Positions 19,962-30,160 of a DNA stretch of 64,000 nucleotides are shown here, piece by piece (the first letter of the stretch is position 1; each line of letters starts with the position of its first letter). Under the pieces are notes generated by a model. That model ran no database searches. It was not told where the DNA came from and saw nothing but the letters and a program-made list of their open reading frames with translations. Source of the stretch: an uncultured delta proteobacterium (lineage in GTDB: Bacteria; Myxococcota_A; Polyangia; Polyangiales; Polyangiaceae); NCBI GenBank assembly GCA_963782055.1, contig CAWAIF010000003.1, positions 2,432,001 to 2,496,000 of the forward strand. Reading direction: 5' to 3'. The position numbers and the translations under genes were made by a program.

Positions 19962-21110
19962 TCAGCGGGACGAGGCGAGGAGCTGCTCGTAGAGGTCCGC
20001 CCAGCGTGACCACGTCGTCTCGTTCGTGAAGTGCTTCAGGATGCGCTCGCGTCCGGCGCGGCCGTGGGCCTCGCGGAGCGGAGCGTCCCCTGCGTAGCGC
20101 GACAGCGCCTCGCCGAGCGCGCCCGTGTCGTGCTTGGGGACGAGAAGGCCGGTCGACCCGTCGGCGACCGCGTCGACGACGCCGGTCACGCGGTAGCCCA
20201 CGACCGGCAGCTCCGCGGCGGCCGCCTCGAGCGGCGCGTTGGGCATGCCCTCCCGGTACGAAGGAAAGAGGAGCGTGTCCATGGCGGCGTAGTAGGGCGC
20301 GGGATCGTCGACGCTGCCCGCCATCGCCACCCGAGGGTGCGCCTTCAGGCGGCGAGCGAGATCGTCCGGCAGGGCGTCGCCTGCGAGGTCCCCACCCACG
20401 ACGAGCAGCCACGCGGAGGGGGTGCGCTCCAGCGCCTCGAGCATGTCGCTCACGCCCTTGTCCGCCACCAGACGTCCCACGAACCCGGCCACGAAGGCGC
20501 CCCGTGGGATGCCGAAGCGCGCTCGCACCTCCGCCGCCGTCGCGCGTGTCTCGCCGCGCGCGCGGAAGCGCTCCGGGTCCACGCCGTTGGAGGGGATGAC
20601 CGAGATGCTTCGCCCCGCCGTCAGTCGCTGCTCGATCAGCACGCGCCGCACGCTCTCGCTCCCGCACACCACGTGCGTCGCGCACGCCGCCGCCAGCCGC
20701 TCCGTCTGCTGGAAGACGCGGCGTCGCAGCCCTTCGAGTCCCTCGAAGCGGAGTCCGCGCACCAGGTACACCCTCGCGGGGATCCGCAGGCCGCGGGAGG
20801 CGACCATCCCGATGAGCCCCGCCTTCGCCGTGCTGGCGTTCACGATGTCCGGTCGCAGCCGGCGCAACGCCGACGCCACGCGCGCCAGCGCCGCGGGGCC
20901 CTCGTGCAGCCGGACGCTGCGGCTCATGGGCACCCCGACGGTTCGAACCCCCTGCTCCCGGACGGCGTCGAGCTCCGGCCCGGGCGAGGCGATGACGGTC
21001 ACGTCGAAGCCCCGGTCGCGCAGGTACGCGAGCTGCCCGCGGAGCAGGACCTTGGCGGTGACCCCGTGGGTCACGAGGTAGACGAGGCGGCGGGCACGAG
21101 AGCGGTTCAC
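19962..21110 (-). CDS. GT4 family glycosyltransferase
   Basis: FVGRLVADKG, FPSYREGMPNAPLEAAA. Confidence 0.9.
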   Translation of the reverse strand: MNRSRARRLVYLVTHGVTAKVLLRGQLAYLRDRGFDVTVIASPGPELDAVREQGVRTVGVPMSRSVRLHEGPAALARVASALRRLRPDIVNASTAKAGLIGMVASRGLRIPARVYLVRGLRFEGLEGLRRRVFQQTERLAAACATHVVCGSESVRRVLIEQRLTAGRSISVIPSNGVDPERFRARGETRATAAEVRARFGIPRGAFVAGFVGRLVADKGVSDMLEALERTPSAWLLVVGGDLAGDALPDDLARRLKAHPRVAMAGSVDDPAPYYAAMDTLLFPSYREGMPNAPLEAAAAELPVVGYRVTGVVDAVADGSTGLLVPKHDTGALGEALSRYAGDAPLREAHGRAGRERILKHFTNETTWSRWADLYEQLLASSR

Positions 21111-22054
21111 GCGGCCAGATCACCCATGGTCACGCTCTCCATCCGCCCGCGGCGGCGGAGGGCGTCCAGGTGGTCGAGAACGGCCTCCAGCACGCGCATG
21201 TTCTCCCGGAGGTGGACGCCGAAGTTGTGAGGGTGCCACCAGAGGTGGAAGCACTCGTCGCGGTCGGCGGCGGCGGTGATGGCGCGCTTGATCCGCGCGA
21301 CGCGCAGGCGGTCGAGGTGGCGGAGCCGAGGAGAGTAGGGCCGCAGGAAGACACTCGCCGGTACGTCGGTGAGACCGTCGCCGGTCGCGCGGACGCGGTG
21401 CGTCTGCGCCCCGCTCAAGGGCAGGTAGCTGTCGACCAGGCGGGCGGCTCGGCGGGACACCGGCTCGCGTGTCGTGCCCGGCGCATACGCCCAGTACCGC
21501 GGGTTGGAGCGGTAGGCGCGGATGCCGCGCTGGCGCATCACGTCGCGGTAGCCCGGGTTGTACTGGTTGCGTGGAAAGACGAGGCTGCGCACGCCCCCGA
21601 ACGGCTCGGCGAGGCGCTGCGCGACTTCCAGGTCCGCGTCGAAGTCTTCTGCCGTCTGCCCGGCCTCCAGGCAGTAGAAGTGCGAGAAGGTATGGGTGGC
21701 GAGCTCCTGTCCCGGCGTCCTCGCGATGGCCTCGACGAGGCCTGGGGCGAAGTGGAAAGGATCGGACCGCTCGTCCTCACCGACCTCGTGCATCGCCGCG
21801 TATGGGGAGAGCCGCACATCCCGGTAGATGGGCCTGCGCTCGGGCATCGCCTGCGCGAGCTCTCGCTTGGTCCCGCAGAAGAGCGCGCCCACCGTTGCCC
21901 ACGTCGCACGGACTCCTCGCTTCTCGAAGGTCCGCAGCAGCGCCTCCACGGCGATGCGCTCGCCCAGGAGGTTCTCGCGGTATCGCGAGAGCGGCACCAC
22001 ATCGCGTACGCCCCAGAACAGCTCGAAGTCGAGCGAGACGACGAAGCTCCCCAT
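21107..22054 (-). CDS. Polysaccharide deacetylase family protein
   Basis: VSLDFELFWG, ATWATVG, ELATHTFSH, VFPRNQ, FHLWWHPHNFG; ATG at 22054. Confidence 0.88.
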   Translation of the reverse strand: MGSFVVSLDFELFWGVRDVVPLSRYRENLLGERIAVEALLRTFEKRGVRATWATVGALFCGTKRELAQAMPERRPIYRDVRLSPYAAMHEVGEDERSDPFHFAPGLVEAIARTPGQELATHTFSHFYCLEAGQTAEDFDADLEVAQRLAEPFGGVRSLVFPRNQYNPGYRDVMRQRGIRAYRSNPRYWAYAPGTTREPVSRRAARLVDSYLPLSGAQTHRVRATGDGLTDVPASVFLRPYSPRLRHLDRLRVARIKRAITAAADRDECFHLWWHPHNFGVHLRENMRVLEAVLDHLDALRRRGRMESVTMGDLAA

Positions 22055-22058
22055 GCCG

Positions 22059-24365
22059 TCAGTTGGGCGGCGGCGCGGCGTTGTTCGCCTGCTCGGCGTC
22101 CTCGGCCTCGTGCTCCTCGGTCGGCCCGTAGCCCTCGCGCCGGTAGTAGTAGTACTGGTTGTAGTAGTAGCTGTAGCTCGCCTTGGTGAGGTCCACCGCA
22201 TTGAGCACTGCGCCGAGGATGGGCGTGCCGATGTCACGCAGCGACCGCAGGCCCTGGCGTGCGAGGTGGTGGCTCGTCTTGGCCGCGCGGACGACGAAGA
22301 TGGTGCCGTCGACCAGCGTCGACACGATGGCGGAGTCGGTCACCGCGGCGAGGGGCGGGCTGTCGATCACGATGCGGTCGAAGTGGTCCAGCAGATCGTT
22401 CAGGAACTTCTTGAAGCGCTCCGACTGCAGCAGGTCCGCCGGGTTGGGGGGCGGGGGCCCCGCGGGGATGGTGTAGAGGTTGGGAATGGGGGTGCCGCCC
22501 TGGCCCGTGAGCGCAGGCCTGGCAACCTCCTCGATCGTCGCGTCCCCCACGAGGACCGCGGTCACGCCGGCGTCCCCGACGCGCCCGAAAATGCGGTGCA
22601 GGCGCGGACGGCGCAGATCGCAGTCGATGATGCACGTGCGCTTGCCACTCTGCGCGATCGCGATGGCGATGCTGCAGGCGACCGTGGTCTTGCCCTCCGA
22701 CGGGGCGGCGCTGGTCACCAGGATCTTCCGGTGCGGCCGGTCGGGGTTCATGAAGGTGAGGTTGGTGCGGATGCTACGCGCCGCCTCCGCCACCCCACTG
22801 AGAGGCTTCTCGTGAACGTGCAGCGCGGGATCCCCCGTCTGCGAGGGCGCTTCCTGCCGGCGCTTCCGGCGCTTCTTCTTCTTGCCGCCGTAGCCCCCGT
22901 ACGCGGGGGTATCGCCCTCGAGGGAGGGGAGCATGCCGAGGAAGGTCATGTTGAGGCGCGACTCGATGTCGGCCGGGGTCTTGAGGGAGGTATCGAGCTG
23001 CTCGCGTCCCACCGCCAGGCCGATGCCGAGAAGGAGGCCGACCAGGGACCCCACGCCCAGGTTGACCAGGGTGTTCGGTCGGATCGGGGCACGCGGCTCG
23101 ACCGGCTCGTCGACGACGTCGACGTTGTTGACCCGCATGCGGCGCGCCAGGTCCGCTTCCTTCTGCCGCTCGAGCAGCGTCGTGTACATCTTCTCGTTCT
23201 CTTCGCGCTGCCGGTCCAGGCGGTGGTACTCGAGCTCCTTCATGTTCAGGTCGACCGCGCGCTTGCGGGCGTCCTGGTAGAGCGAGTCCTCTCCCTGCTC
23301 CTGCAGCTTGATGACCGCCAGATCACGCGCCACCGCGCCCTTGATGTTGCTGACCTCGTCCACGAGCGCTCGCTTGGCCTGCACCACGCGCTCGTCCGCC
23401 GCCTTCACCAGGGGGTGATTCTCTCCCTTGCCAGCGGCGATGAGGTCCTCGCGGTCCTTCCGCGCCTGCAGGTACTCCGCGCGGAGCTGCTGGAGGAACA
23501 CGCTGTTGAGCAGCTCCGAAGCCGGAAGGACATCCACGTTGTCCATCGTGACCTTGGACAGCTCGGTGTAGCGGGCCTCCAGCTCCTTGCGCTTCGTCCG
23601 TGTCTGCGTGAGCGCGTCGTCGTAGCTCTGCATCTCGAGGCGGATCATCTTGCTGACCTCCTCGAGGGTGCTGGAAGGAAGATCGTTCTTCTGCTTGAAG
23701 TCGTGGAGCGCGTTCTCGCTGTTCTGCAGCTCGGTGTTGTAGTGGTCCACCTGACCGGAGAGCCAGAGCGCGGCGTCGGAGCTCTCGCTGATCCCCTTGT
23801 CCAGGTTGTGGTCCACGTAGGCGTGCGCGATGGAGTGGGCGAGCTGGGTCGCTTCCGCGGGGTCAGCGTCCTCCACGCGGACGTAGAACAGACGGCTGTT
23901 CTTCACGGGCTCGACCGTCGTCTTCCCGCGCAAGGTGAGGACCGCGTTCTCCTTCGCCAGCTTGCTCCCGGGCGCGGCACCCCCGTTGAACTTCGGGTTG
24001 CCCTGCAGACCAAGATCGCGCACCACCTTGGAGAGCACGGTGTCGCTCGTGATGATGGTGAACTGCGTCTGGTACATCTCCTGGCTGTCCAGGTAGAGCA
24101 TCCAGCCGCTCATCGGGTCGTTCTGGTTACCCATGGGGCGCACGGGGTTCGGGTCGAACTCCAGCATCGCCGAGGCCTGGTAGATGCGCGTGCGCGACTT
24201 GGTCCAGAGCAGCGCGGCCCCCGTCGCCAGCAGGGTGAGCGCCACGACCATCGGCCAATGTTTCAGGACCCCGAGGAGCAGGGCGCGCAGGTCCAGGCCC
24301 CCCTCGGACTCGGAGGAGGAGCTCGCCTGGGGGGCGGAGGGGAGGTCCGAGGGGTGGGCAGTCAT
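22059..24365 (-). CDS. wzc: Polysaccharide co-polymerase / BY-kinase (Wzc-like)
   Basis: Two TMs, coiled coil, EAARSIRTNL, APSEGKTT, IDCDLRRP, IDSPP, C-terminal Tyr cluster YSYYYNQYYYY. Confidence 0.92.
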   Translation of the reverse strand: MTAHPSDLPSAPQASSSSESEGGLDLRALLLGVLKHWPMVVALTLLATGAALLWTKSRTRIYQASAMLEFDPNPVRPMGNQNDPMSGWMLYLDSQEMYQTQFTIITSDTVLSKVVRDLGLQGNPKFNGGAAPGSKLAKENAVLTLRGKTTVEPVKNSRLFYVRVEDADPAEATQLAHSIAHAYVDHNLDKGISESSDAALWLSGQVDHYNTELQNSENALHDFKQKNDLPSSTLEEVSKMIRLEMQSYDDALTQTRTKRKELEARYTELSKVTMDNVDVLPASELLNSVFLQQLRAEYLQARKDREDLIAAGKGENHPLVKAADERVVQAKRALVDEVSNIKGAVARDLAVIKLQEQGEDSLYQDARKRAVDLNMKELEYHRLDRQREENEKMYTTLLERQKEADLARRMRVNNVDVVDEPVEPRAPIRPNTLVNLGVGSLVGLLLGIGLAVGREQLDTSLKTPADIESRLNMTFLGMLPSLEGDTPAYGGYGGKKKKRRKRRQEAPSQTGDPALHVHEKPLSGVAEAARSIRTNLTFMNPDRPHRKILVTSAAPSEGKTTVACSIAIAIAQSGKRTCIIDCDLRRPRLHRIFGRVGDAGVTAVLVGDATIEEVARPALTGQGGTPIPNLYTIPAGPPPPNPADLLQSERFKKFLNDLLDHFDRIVIDSPPLAAVTDSAIVSTLVDGTIFVVRAAKTSHHLARQGLRSLRDIGTPILGAVLNAVDLTKASYSYYYNQYYYYRREGYGPTEEHEAEDAEQANNAAPPPN

Positions 24366-24559
24366 GCGAAAGAAGAGGTTTCCCTACACCGGGATGGCCA
24401 GAAGCGCCAGAAGTGAGGGCTGGCGAAGGCCCGGAGGCAGGCCGACAAGCGGGTCCTGGAGCGAGTTGGATGCGGTGACCCCGCCCGAAATTCAACGCGA
24501 TTTCCGCCAAATGTCCCTGGATGGAGCCGGCAACCAACGCTAGAACGAGAGCCCGCCGC

Positions 24560-25684
24560 ATGCCCAGGATTTACCTTTCGCCCCCGCACATGGGCCCCGA
24601 CGAGCGCGGGCTGCTCCTGGAGGCGTTCGACTCCAACTGGGTCGCCCCCCTCGGACCCCACGTGGACGCCTTCGAGCGGGAGTTCGCGGAGTACACCAAG
24701 GTCCCCCACGCCACCGCGCTCGCGAGCGGGACGGGGGGCCTGCACCTCGCGCTGGTGATGCTGGGGGTTGGACGGGGTGACGCCGTGCTCACCTCCACCC
24801 TGACCTTCGCGGCCACGGCCAACGCCATCAGGTACGTCGGCGCGGAGCCGGTCTTCGTCGACGCCGAGCGGGAGAGCTGGAACATGGACCCCGAGCTGCT
24901 GGCGCAGGAGCTGGAGGACCGCGCCCGGCAGGGCAAGCTCCCGAAGGCGGTGGTCGTCGTGGATCTGTACGGGCAGTGCGCCGATCACGATCGCATCGCC
25001 GAAGCCTGTGCTCGGCACGACGTGCCCATCATCGAGGACGCGGCGGAGGCGCTGGGCGCGACGTACAAGGATCGGAGCGCCGGCGCGATGGGGAAGGTCG
25101 GCGTCTTCTCCTTCAACGGAAACAAGATCATCACCACCGGCGGCGGTGGGATGCTCGTCGCGCACGACGAGGCGCTCACCGACCGCGCGCGCTTCCTCGC
25201 CACGCAGGCGCGCGATCCGGCGCCGCACTACCAGCACTCGCATGTAGGATACAACTACCGCCTCTCCAACCTGCTCGCCGCGGTGGGACGCGGGCAGCTC
25301 CGCGTTCTGCCGGACCGGGTGCGGCAACGGCGCGCGAACAACGCCTTCTACCGGCAGGCGCTCGGTGATCTGCCGGGCGTCACCTTCCATCCGGAGGCGC
25401 CGTGGGGTCGCTCCACCGCGTGGCTCACCTGCTTGCAGATCGACCCCCCGGCCTTCGGCAAGACGCGGGAGGACGTGCGCCTCGCGCTCGGCGCGAAGGA
25501 GATCGAGGCGAGGCCGGTGTGGAAGCCCATGCACATGCAGCCCATCTTCAAGGAGTGTCGCGCGGTGGGCGGCGCCGTCGCGGAGGAGCTCTTCGAGAGG
25601 GGACTCTGCCTGCCGAGCGGGAGCGCGCTGACGCCGGCGGAGCGCGAGGAAGTGGCCGGGATCGTGCGGTCGGTGCGGAGCTAG
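24560..25684 (+). CDS. DegT/DnrJ aminotransferase (PglE/EpsN-like)
   Basis: IYLSPPHMG, SNWVAPLGP, EDAAEALG, SFNGNKIITTGGGG, GYNYRLSN, RPVWKPMHMQP. Confidence 0.92.
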   Translation: MPRIYLSPPHMGPDERGLLLEAFDSNWVAPLGPHVDAFEREFAEYTKVPHATALASGTGGLHLALVMLGVGRGDAVLTSTLTFAATANAIRYVGAEPVFVDAERESWNMDPELLAQELEDRARQGKLPKAVVVVDLYGQCADHDRIAEACARHDVPIIEDAAEALGATYKDRSAGAMGKVGVFSFNGNKIITTGGGGMLVAHDEALTDRARFLATQARDPAPHYQHSHVGYNYRLSNLLAAVGRGQLRVLPDRVRQRRANNAFYRQALGDLPGVTFHPEAPWGRSTAWLTCLQIDPPAFGKTREDVRLALGAKEIEARPVWKPMHMQPIFKECRAVGGAVAEELFERGLCLPSGSALTPAEREEVAGIVRSVRS

Positions 25685-25690
25685 CCATCC

Positions 25691-27595
25691 GTGTGCGGCA
25701 TCGCCGGCTTCTTCGGGCTACCGCTGGATGACGCCGGCGCGCAGGCGCTCGTCGCCCGGATGGGCGAGCGCATCCGCCATCGCGGCCCGGACGGAGACGG
25801 CGCCACCGCGAAGGACGGCGTCGCCCTCGCCATGGTGCGCCTCGCCATCGTGGACGTGGAGCACGGCAAGCAGCCGATGCTGACGGACGACGGCGCGATC
25901 GCACTGGTCTTCAACGGGGAGATCTACAACGCGCCGGCGCTGCGCAAGGAGCTGGAGCGCGAGGGCGTGCGCTTCCACACCCGCAGCGACACCGAGGTGA
26001 TCCTGCGTCTCTACGAGCGCAACCCCGATGACGTGGAGCGGCACCTTCGCGGGATGTGGGCCTTCGCGGTGCACGACCGGCGGCGCAAGCGGCTGGTGCT
26101 CAGCCGGGACCGCTTCGGCATCAAGCCGCTGTACGTCTGCGATCGCGGGGTCGCCGTCGCGTTCGGCTCGGAGCTCCGCGCGCTCGAACCGGTGCGCGCC
26201 TTCGACGTCTTCGCGCCGGCGTTCTCCATCGACCACGGCTCCGCCCACGCGATGCTCTCCTGGGCGTACATCCCCAACGAGGAGACGATCTACGAGGGCG
26301 TGAAGAAGCTCGCCCCGTCCACGCGGCTGGAGATCGATCTGGTCAGCGGTGCGCGCAAGACGACGCGCTACTACCGCGTCGGCCATTCCGACGACGCGGC
26401 GCGGGTCCGCAGCCTGGACGAGGCGTGCGAGCTGGTGGAGCCGCTGCTCAGGGCGGCGGTGCGCGAGCACCTGGAGAGCGACGTCCCGGTGGCGGCGTTC
26501 CTGAGCGGCGGGATCGACTCTTCCCTCGTGCTCGCGTACGCGGCGGAGCAGTCGGACCGCCCCATCCGCGCCTTCACCATCGGCTTCAAGGAGAAGCGCT
26601 TCGACGAGTCGCCTTTCGCGCGGGCGGTGGCGCGCAAGCTGGGCGTCGACCTGCACGTCGAGCTCTTCGACGAGGACATGGCACGCGCGTCGCTGGAGGA
26701 GGCGATGGCGGCGTACGACGAGCCCTTCGGGGATTCGTCCAGCCTGGCGACGTACTTGCTGTCGAAGGTGGTGGCGCGCACGCACAAGGTGGCGCTGGGT
26801 GGCGACGGCGGGGACGAGGTCTTCGCGGGCTACGCCAAGCACAAGATCGTCCGCATGCGCGAGGCGGTCGCGCGGGTGCCGCGCCTGCGGGAGCTGGGCG
26901 CGCGGGCCCTGATGGCGCTGCCGGCGCGGACGGACAGGTCGAGCGCGTACACCGACGCGCTGCGGGTGGCGCGGAAGGTGGCGCGGGGGCTCCAGGGGGA
27001 CGACGCGCACGCCTACGTGGCGCTGACACAGGTCGCTTCGCTGCAGAAGACGGCGCAGCTCGTGGTGCGGCCCGCCGACCCAGCGCGGTTCGAGGGCCCG
27101 CTCCTGCGCGCCTTCGAGGAGGCGGGCGGCTCGCAGCTCCGGCGCACGCTCACGGTGGACCTGGCGAACTCGCTGCCCAACGACATGCTGACGAAGGTGG
27201 ACCGCGCGAGCATGGCGCGGCACCTGGAGGCCCGCGTTCCCTTCCTGGACCACAGGCTGGTCGAGGCGGGCCTGTCGCTGCCGGCGGAGTTCACGCTGTT
27301 CGGGGGCGGGAAGCGGGTGACGAAGGCGCTGTACGAGCGACGGTTCGGGAGGGAGCTGGCGCGGCGGAAGAAGATGGGGTTCGGGGTCCCGGTGGAGCGC
27401 TGGATGAGGGGGCCGCTGGCGGCGCTGATCAACAGGCTAAGTCCTCAGCAGCAGCCACTCGGTGAATCGCGGCAGATCTACTTCGACGTCGCGGCCGGAT
27501 GGCGCCGCGACCCTCAGATCATGTGGCATTTGTTCAGCGCTGAGCTATGGCTGACTGCCTCCCGGAGCAAGCTTGCAGATGCGAGGCGCGGGTGA
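25691..27595 (+). CDS. asnB: Asparagine synthase-like glutamine amidotransferase (polysaccharide amidation)
   Basis: MCGIAG, HRGPD, FNGEIYN, FLSGGIDSS, GDGGDEVFAGY, KVDRASM..LEARVPFLD. Confidence 0.92.
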   Translation: MCGIAGFFGLPLDDAGAQALVARMGERIRHRGPDGDGATAKDGVALAMVRLAIVDVEHGKQPMLTDDGAIALVFNGEIYNAPALRKELEREGVRFHTRSDTEVILRLYERNPDDVERHLRGMWAFAVHDRRRKRLVLSRDRFGIKPLYVCDRGVAVAFGSELRALEPVRAFDVFAPAFSIDHGSAHAMLSWAYIPNEETIYEGVKKLAPSTRLEIDLVSGARKTTRYYRVGHSDDAARVRSLDEACELVEPLLRAAVREHLESDVPVAAFLSGGIDSSLVLAYAAEQSDRPIRAFTIGFKEKRFDESPFARAVARKLGVDLHVELFDEDMARASLEEAMAAYDEPFGDSSSLATYLLSKVVARTHKVALGGDGGDEVFAGYAKHKIVRMREAVARVPRLRELGARALMALPARTDRSSAYTDALRVARKVARGLQGDDAHAYVALTQVASLQKTAQLVVRPADPARFEGPLLRAFEEAGGSQLRRTLTVDLANSLPNDMLTKVDRASMARHLEARVPFLDHRLVEAGLSLPAEFTLFGGGKRVTKALYERRFGRELARRKKMGFGVPVERWMRGPLAALINRLSPQQQPLGESRQIYFDVAAGWRRDPQIMWHLFSAELWLTASRSKLADARRG

Positions 27596-30117
27596 CCGGA
27601 TTGGCCCATGCCACGAGCCGGGAGCGCGAATGCGGTGCGCGGCTTCTGCTGTGCCTAGCCGTGGCGGGCTCGGTACTCGCGATTGGAAGCGTCGACACTA
27701 CTGTTCTCCTGATTGTGTCGGCAGTGTTGACAGCGGCTTTTTCACTTGCGCGAAGCCAAGCGCCACTGGTCCCCATGCGGCGCCCGGCACTGATAATTGC
27801 AATCGTGACAGTTGCACTAACCGGCTTTACCGCACTACAGGCTGTACCCTTGCCCCGCAGTCTAGTCGCTCGCCTCTCCCCACACTCTGCAGACGTTTGG
27901 TCGCGCTGCCTCAAACCACTCCATGAGCCCGGTCCATGGTGGGTCACGCTCTCACTTGATCCTGTCGCCACGCGCATCCAGGTTCTCGTTGGCTTCAGCT
28001 ATCTGATGGCCTTCCTTGCTTCCTGGCTAGTATCTAGTAAGGGCCGTAGCGGCGAGCGCTTGCTTGTGCGAACGATGATCCTGACCAGCGGGGCAGTCGC
28101 GCTGCTCGCCGTTGTTCATTATGTCCTTCGTCTGGATCGCGTGTACGGATTCTATCAGCCGCACACTGGGGTTACAAACATTGCGCCGTTGATGAACGGC
28201 AACCATCTTGCGGCGTATACAAATGTTGGAATCCTGCTCGCGTTCGCATCACTCCTCTCCGGTGACCCCGTCTTTCCTCGCGCGCTTCTCGTAGCGACCG
28301 TCCTTCTACTGGGTGGAGCCGAATTCTGGTTTTCGTCGAGAGGCGGTGTCGGAAGCATGCTCGCCGGCATGCTCGTTATCGTTATCCCTCGAATCCGCTC
28401 TCTGCGAACGGCGGAGATATCGGCTGCGTTTGTGGTGGCGTTTGCCGGCATAGTGCTTCTGGTAGTCGCCGCAAACTCGCACCTGATGACCGAGTACCTG
28501 GATACCGACTTCTCGAAACTGGAAATACCCTTAAGAGTGTTTAAGAGGATGGTACCGGCATTCCCGTGGTTTGGGGCAGGTCGCGGGGCCTTCGAATCGA
28601 CATTCCCCGAGTTCAATAATAGACCTGGTTACCTCGTGTGGACCCACCCCGAGAATCTCCCCGCGGAGTGGGTAAGCGAGTGGGGTATTCCTGTCGCGAT
28701 CGGGGCTATCGTTGCCCTCGTAGTTGCGCTGCGCCCAGCTACGGTTCTTTCCCGAACACGACCGCCGATTGGCCCATGGGCGTGCATTGTCGCGCTGGTC
28801 CTACACAACCTCGTCGACTTCAGTCTGGACATCCCGGCCGTCGGAATTACGGCTGCTGTGTGTGCCGCGCTTGCCACGTCTAGTCGTGGTACCAGGAGCC
28901 CGCCGCGGCGGACAGTTGCGTCTGGCTGGTGGCGAGGCCGAACTGGTATTGTCGCCGCAATCTCGGCGTGGTGCATGCTCTTGTGTGTACTTGGAGGCAA
29001 TCGCCATGAGCTTCAAACAGACCGCGCAACCATGCAAGAACAACTGCGGAGCAAGACTTTCCTCGGAAACCTCCGGCTAGCGATGGCAAGTCACCCGGCG
29101 GAGCCGTATTTCCCGTATCTCGGCGCGGTGTGGGCGTCTTCGGCCGGCAGGACCATAGTCCCGTGGATTGACCGGACGCTTGAGCGCGCGCCGGTGTACC
29201 CCATGGCTCATCTCGTCCTCGCGAGATGGTTGCGCGGACGGTCACGCGCCCAGTCGCGTCTAGAATACCGGCTATACGCAGAACAATGGGATCGTGGTCA
29301 ACCGCTGGACCTAAACGAGATCACGCCGCTGGTTGACTCTTACGACGCTGCCGTCGAAGTCGCACCGCGAGGCAAGCCGGGGTGCGCTGTCCTCGACCAG
29401 CTATCAATGCGGGTGGTGCAACGACTTCCCGCAACTGCGGCGCGGATCGATGCCGAAATCCTCAAGCGCGACCCGACTGCGGCGCCCGCAATCCTCCGCG
29501 GAATGGACGCGGAGGTCCAGGATGTGACGTCCGCGCCCTGGTGCGAGTCCAATCGTGGCGGCTGCATCGCTCAGGCTATGACATGGGTCGTGCGCGCCGA
29601 GCTTGCCGCGCCGCTGACGTGTGCCCCACTGGCAGCCCACGCACGGCTGCTGTACCTGGGGGGTGACGGAGACGGCGCGGTAGCCTTCCTGCAACAAAGT
29701 GTCGATATCGTGTCAGACCGTCCACTGTGTGAGCACCGCCTTGCCGAACTGGCGCGCGACACCGGCCATCCAGGCGTCTGGGAGCAAGCTGTCGATGCGT
29801 TGAGCCGCGCACCATGCGGCACCGAGGTGTTGTGTACCAAGAACCTCCTCGAAGCGGCTGCCCTTGCGGAAGCAAACGGGGGCGCGCGCCGCGCGATAGT
29901 GTACTTACAGGAAGCACACAATCTTGATCCAGATAACGAGACCATTGCCCTCCATCTCGCAGCTTCCGAATCCGCTGCCGGCTTACACGAGGCCGCCAGC
30001 GACGTATACCGAGCGGTGGCTCGCCGGCGCCCCGGCGATGTGCGCATCGAGGTGCTCCTGGAAAAGGAACAACTCTTCATGGAGGATCCCAAAGGCAGCA
30101 CCGTAACCCATCGGTGA
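27592..30117 (+). CDS. O-antigen ligase (Wzy_C)-like polytopic membrane protein with TPR-like C-terminus; last 4 codons donated by an IS66 end
   Basis: Many TMs, NGNHLAA, SSRGG, GAGRGAFE..FP, HPEN...EWG, LHNLVDFSL; GTG overlaps the asnB stop. Confidence 0.8.
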   Translation: MTGLAHATSRERECGARLLLCLAVAGSVLAIGSVDTTVLLIVSAVLTAAFSLARSQAPLVPMRRPALIIAIVTVALTGFTALQAVPLPRSLVARLSPHSADVWSRCLKPLHEPGPWWVTLSLDPVATRIQVLVGFSYLMAFLASWLVSSKGRSGERLLVRTMILTSGAVALLAVVHYVLRLDRVYGFYQPHTGVTNIAPLMNGNHLAAYTNVGILLAFASLLSGDPVFPRALLVATVLLLGGAEFWFSSRGGVGSMLAGMLVIVIPRIRSLRTAEISAAFVVAFAGIVLLVVAANSHLMTEYLDTDFSKLEIPLRVFKRMVPAFPWFGAGRGAFESTFPEFNNRPGYLVWTHPENLPAEWVSEWGIPVAIGAIVALVVALRPATVLSRTRPPIGPWACIVALVLHNLVDFSLDIPAVGITAAVCAALATSSRGTRSPPRRTVASGWWRGRTGIVAAISAWCMLLCVLGGNRHELQTDRATMQEQLRSKTFLGNLRLAMASHPAEPYFPYLGAVWASSAGRTIVPWIDRTLERAPVYPMAHLVLARWLRGRSRAQSRLEYRLYAEQWDRGQPLDLNEITPLVDSYDAAVEVAPRGKPGCAVLDQLSMRVVQRLPATAARIDAEILKRDPTAAPAILRGMDAEVQDVTSAPWCESNRGGCIAQAMTWVVRAELAAPLTCAPLAAHARLLYLGGDGDGAVAFLQQSVDIVSDRPLCEHRLAELARDTGHPGVWEQAVDALSRAPCGTEVLCTKNLLEAAALAEANGGARRAIVYLQEAHNLDPDNETIALHLAASESAAGLHEAASDVYRAVARRRPGDVRIEVLLEKEQLFMEDPKGSTVTHR

Positions 30118-30160
30118 CCGACATGCTCCCCTTGCGCTGCCGCTCGCTGTAGGCCGGTAC

